A DNA stretch of 64,000 bases from Gekko japonicus (Eukaryota), in NCBI RefSeq assembly GCF_001447785.1, contig NW_015175971.1, positions 1,795,778 through 1,859,777 on the forward strand, in the 5' to 3' direction. Shown piece after piece: positions 61,201 through 64,000 of this stretch; positions within the stretch are counted from its first letter, which is position 1, and every line of letters begins with the position of its first letter. The notes under the pieces are model-generated. The model saw nothing but the letters and a program-made list of their open reading frames with translations. It did no database searches and was not told the DNA's origin. The position numbers and the translations under genes were made by a program.

Positions 61201-63399
61201 TGCTGCATTTCTCCGGCACACACAGGGACTCTTCCGAGGCCCGTGGTTTCCCCCTTCGGCTTTGGGTTTTATTTATTCATTGGCATGGAGAGCTTTGCAG
61301 TGGGGGGGGGGGTGGATAAGGAAAAAAGAGAAAGCATCAACCTTTGCATCACAGAAGGAAACAGAGCCTGCCCTCCTTTCTAACACTGACGGGAGAGAGG
61401 GTGCAAGCAGTTCCCTGTGTGATAAAAGATTGTCGTGATGAATGTGCGTGTGCCTTTTGGACATTGAAGAAGATGAATTGTGCTTATTTGGTGTTTGGGG
61501 TGTTGGTTTCTTTTGGCCTTTAAGGGAGAAAAAAGTCACTTTACAAAATAACTTAGCACAAGGATCGTTGATAAGGAAAACTGACCCACAAGCTAATTGA
61601 ATCATGCAAATAATCAGTTACCTAAAACACCTCTGAGCCTATGCAGCCAACCACAACATGAATACAATTGTCTCGCTGCTCCCCTAACAAGGCCTCGGGT
61701 GAATGGGGCCGTGCTGTTTCTCCTTCTTTTTTCTTTTTTTAGAGCCTATGTTGTTTTCTCATGGAAAAATAGTATAGGATTTATATGTTTATCAAAAGGC
61801 TGTTGGCTGCATGTGATGCAGGGTAACTCGATTTCCTGGAAGACTGTTTCCTGAAGATACACCAAATAGGCTATTACCTGGCCCTGACCTTTGGGTTTTA
61901 TAATAAGCATTTAAAAATTAGCGGTGTATGAAGATAGAAAGAAGAGGTCCTTTTAAGCAATAGCTTCTGTAAGAAGAACTTTAATGCTGTTTGGCCAGGC
62001 AGCATATTTCAAAACTTATCAAGCGACAGCAAGAACGCAGCAAGGAAGAATGGATAGTGGGGGTTGTTTTTTTTTAAGTGGGCTATTTTAAAAAACAACA
62101 ACAGTGTTCCAGGTGTAAAGCATTTTATTTGGCGTGATGGGATGGCCCAGGCTACACTGGGTCTATATTGACCCCTTTCTCAGGCCCAAGCAACAGAAGG
62201 GGGGCAGAGTCCCAACAAGCAAATTACTCAGCAAAGTACTTTGCAACTAGCTATGTCCAGCATTCGGCACCCTGTGTACACACCCCAAATGCTATCTTTC
62301 TGCTTTTCCAGTAGTGTTGCAAAAGCTGGCATAAGCATATGGACCAAGGGAATGAGCCATGATCTGGGAAATAACAGGTCTTAGGCAGGCCTCTCTCTCT
62401 CTCTCTCTCCCAGTCTTCCATCAGTAATGTGAGAATACCGGCCTACCCTACAAGGCTCTTGTATGGGTTGCAGCAAAAGGATACATGTGAACAAATCCTT
62501 TGAACACTAGACAGTGCTACACCAAAGCTCAGGGAGCTGCCAGCTTGAAGGTGCTTTGTGGTCTGATACACTACAGGAAAGGGGTATTAGCTACACCTTT
62601 CTCCATTGCAATGGTACCACTGGGGTGGGGGAAAGGGTTGAAAAGCTGGTTATCATGACATTGACATACACCTGCAGGAGTTCGTAATCATGTCAGCACA
62701 AGGAGCAACCTCACCATCTCAGCTCCCCCCCACGGCAAATCTAGTAGAAGAGGATGTGAGGCTGCCACTGTGCCCCAGTAACAATAAAAACTTACCCGAC
62801 TGAGCAATTCTTTGCTTAATGCTCAGGATGCGATATATCAGTATGGCAGTGGAATCAACACGAGTTCCTTTTCCTTCAAAAAACGTTAACGAAGCAAGAG
62901 TGCACAACGAACGATTTTAAATTCCAAGGGGAGGAACTATAGATTGGTGTGTTGTTCTGCGGTTTTGAAACCAAATTCAGGGGCAGAGTACAGGGCTGCA
63001 ATTCAATGGGACAGACCAGAGAAGACTATTTTAACTTCCCCCTTGCAGCAGAAACTTCTGCCACCACCCTCGGCTGTGTTACCTGCAATGGGGGAAAAGT
63101 ACCAGTAAATTTTCACCAACAAAGGGGTAAAAAAAAGGCAGCCTGTGGGTGGTGACTTTCAGTAGGAAAATGGCCGGAGGGAAAAAGAAATAAATCGCCC
63201 CATTCCCAGCCCTGCTTTGTCTCTTTCAACAGTAGCCCTTGTTGCCACATTCTTTTGAACAGAACTAAAACACTGTGGTTTGGAGAACATCATTATGCAA
63301 CAGAACACAATGCCGAGCAAGGCCATCAGCTCTAGCCTCTTGGACTACTGCCGGCCTCTCTCCTTCTTTCTCTCTCAGCACAGGAAGAAATTACGTCAA

Positions 63400-64000
63400 C
63401 ATTTTGGGTCATGAAAGCAAAAAGTTTATTCATGGTTCAAAACTACATAGAACTACCACGAGGAAGACTCTTCAAATTCAGGGTGTAATCCAGTTAGAAA
63501 GTAACACGAAACGGTTTAATACATTAGAATCACTGCCACAAATTATTATTATTTTTTCTCATTGAGTCAATCAGTTTCAGAATCGCATACAATACAAAAG
63601 AGGAGAAAAATAAAAACAGAAAGGAAAAAAAAAAGGGCGCCCCGGCCCCCCCAACCCCCGCCCCCAATTATACAGGGTGAAAGATACAGTGCTGAATACC
63701 AAGACCTGTATGCTTTACAATTCATTGTTGGTTGTATTTTTTTTCTCTTTTTTGTGTGAATTAGTATAATAACAAGAATGAACAACATTCAAAATGTTTT
63801 TCTGTATTTACAACAGTTTCACTGTTTTCGAGTTGAACCTAAAGACCCAAATGTTTCCACTTCAAAGCGTCTTTTTTTTTTAAATTATTTTTGAAAGTTG
63901 CCAGTGCAACCCAGATTTTTAAAAACTTTTATTTAAAAGATTACAATGTACATTACATTTCATGAAGGGAACCAAAGAGTTAATTACAAGATGCCCAAAA
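63400..64000 (-). other. Probable distal 3' UTR and poly(A) region of an unidentified minus-strand gene
   Basis: TE-free, U-rich on the minus strand; AATAAA at 63425-63430 and 63928-63933; Pumilio-type TGTAAATA at 63805-63812; TTGCACT seed match at 63903-63909. Confidence 0.55.

Noticed and set aside
63400-64000. Assigning a gene name to the 3' UTR
   Set aside because: No coding sequence in the window and I cannot recognise the UTR with confidence.

Overview
Non-coding, repeat-rich vertebrate DNA. The SINE complement (Sauria/Squam1-like, Squam3-like, 5S-derived) points to a squamate reptile, probably a gecko (inference). I find no credible host protein-coding exon; the six-frame ORFs are short, low-complexity or TE-derived. 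The last ~600 bp look like the distal 3' UTR and poly(A) region of an unidentified minus-strand gene. Several TE-free blocks rich in homeodomain, MEF2 and YY1 motifs suggest a regulatory desert downstream of that gene. The TE layer is readable from termini and target-site duplications (TSDs): at least 12 hAT MITEs with TAGGGTTGCCA ends, a second hAT MITE family, four Harbinger-like MITEs, several solo LTRs, a deleted DIRS element with intact terminal architecture, a Helitron 3' end, and L1/L2/CR1 fragments, often nested. The most novel candidate is a solo LTR (31873-32582) whose whole U3 is an intact 107-aa acidic-to-Arg-rich ORF ending next to palindromes that flank the TATA box. An older, decayed LTR-like segment (53569-53940) has the same architecture, suggesting an LTR-encoded accessory protein. 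That LTR sits inside a non-coding, L1-mobilised element with a 16-bp TSD. A chimeric SINE (10256-10879) may also be uncatalogued.
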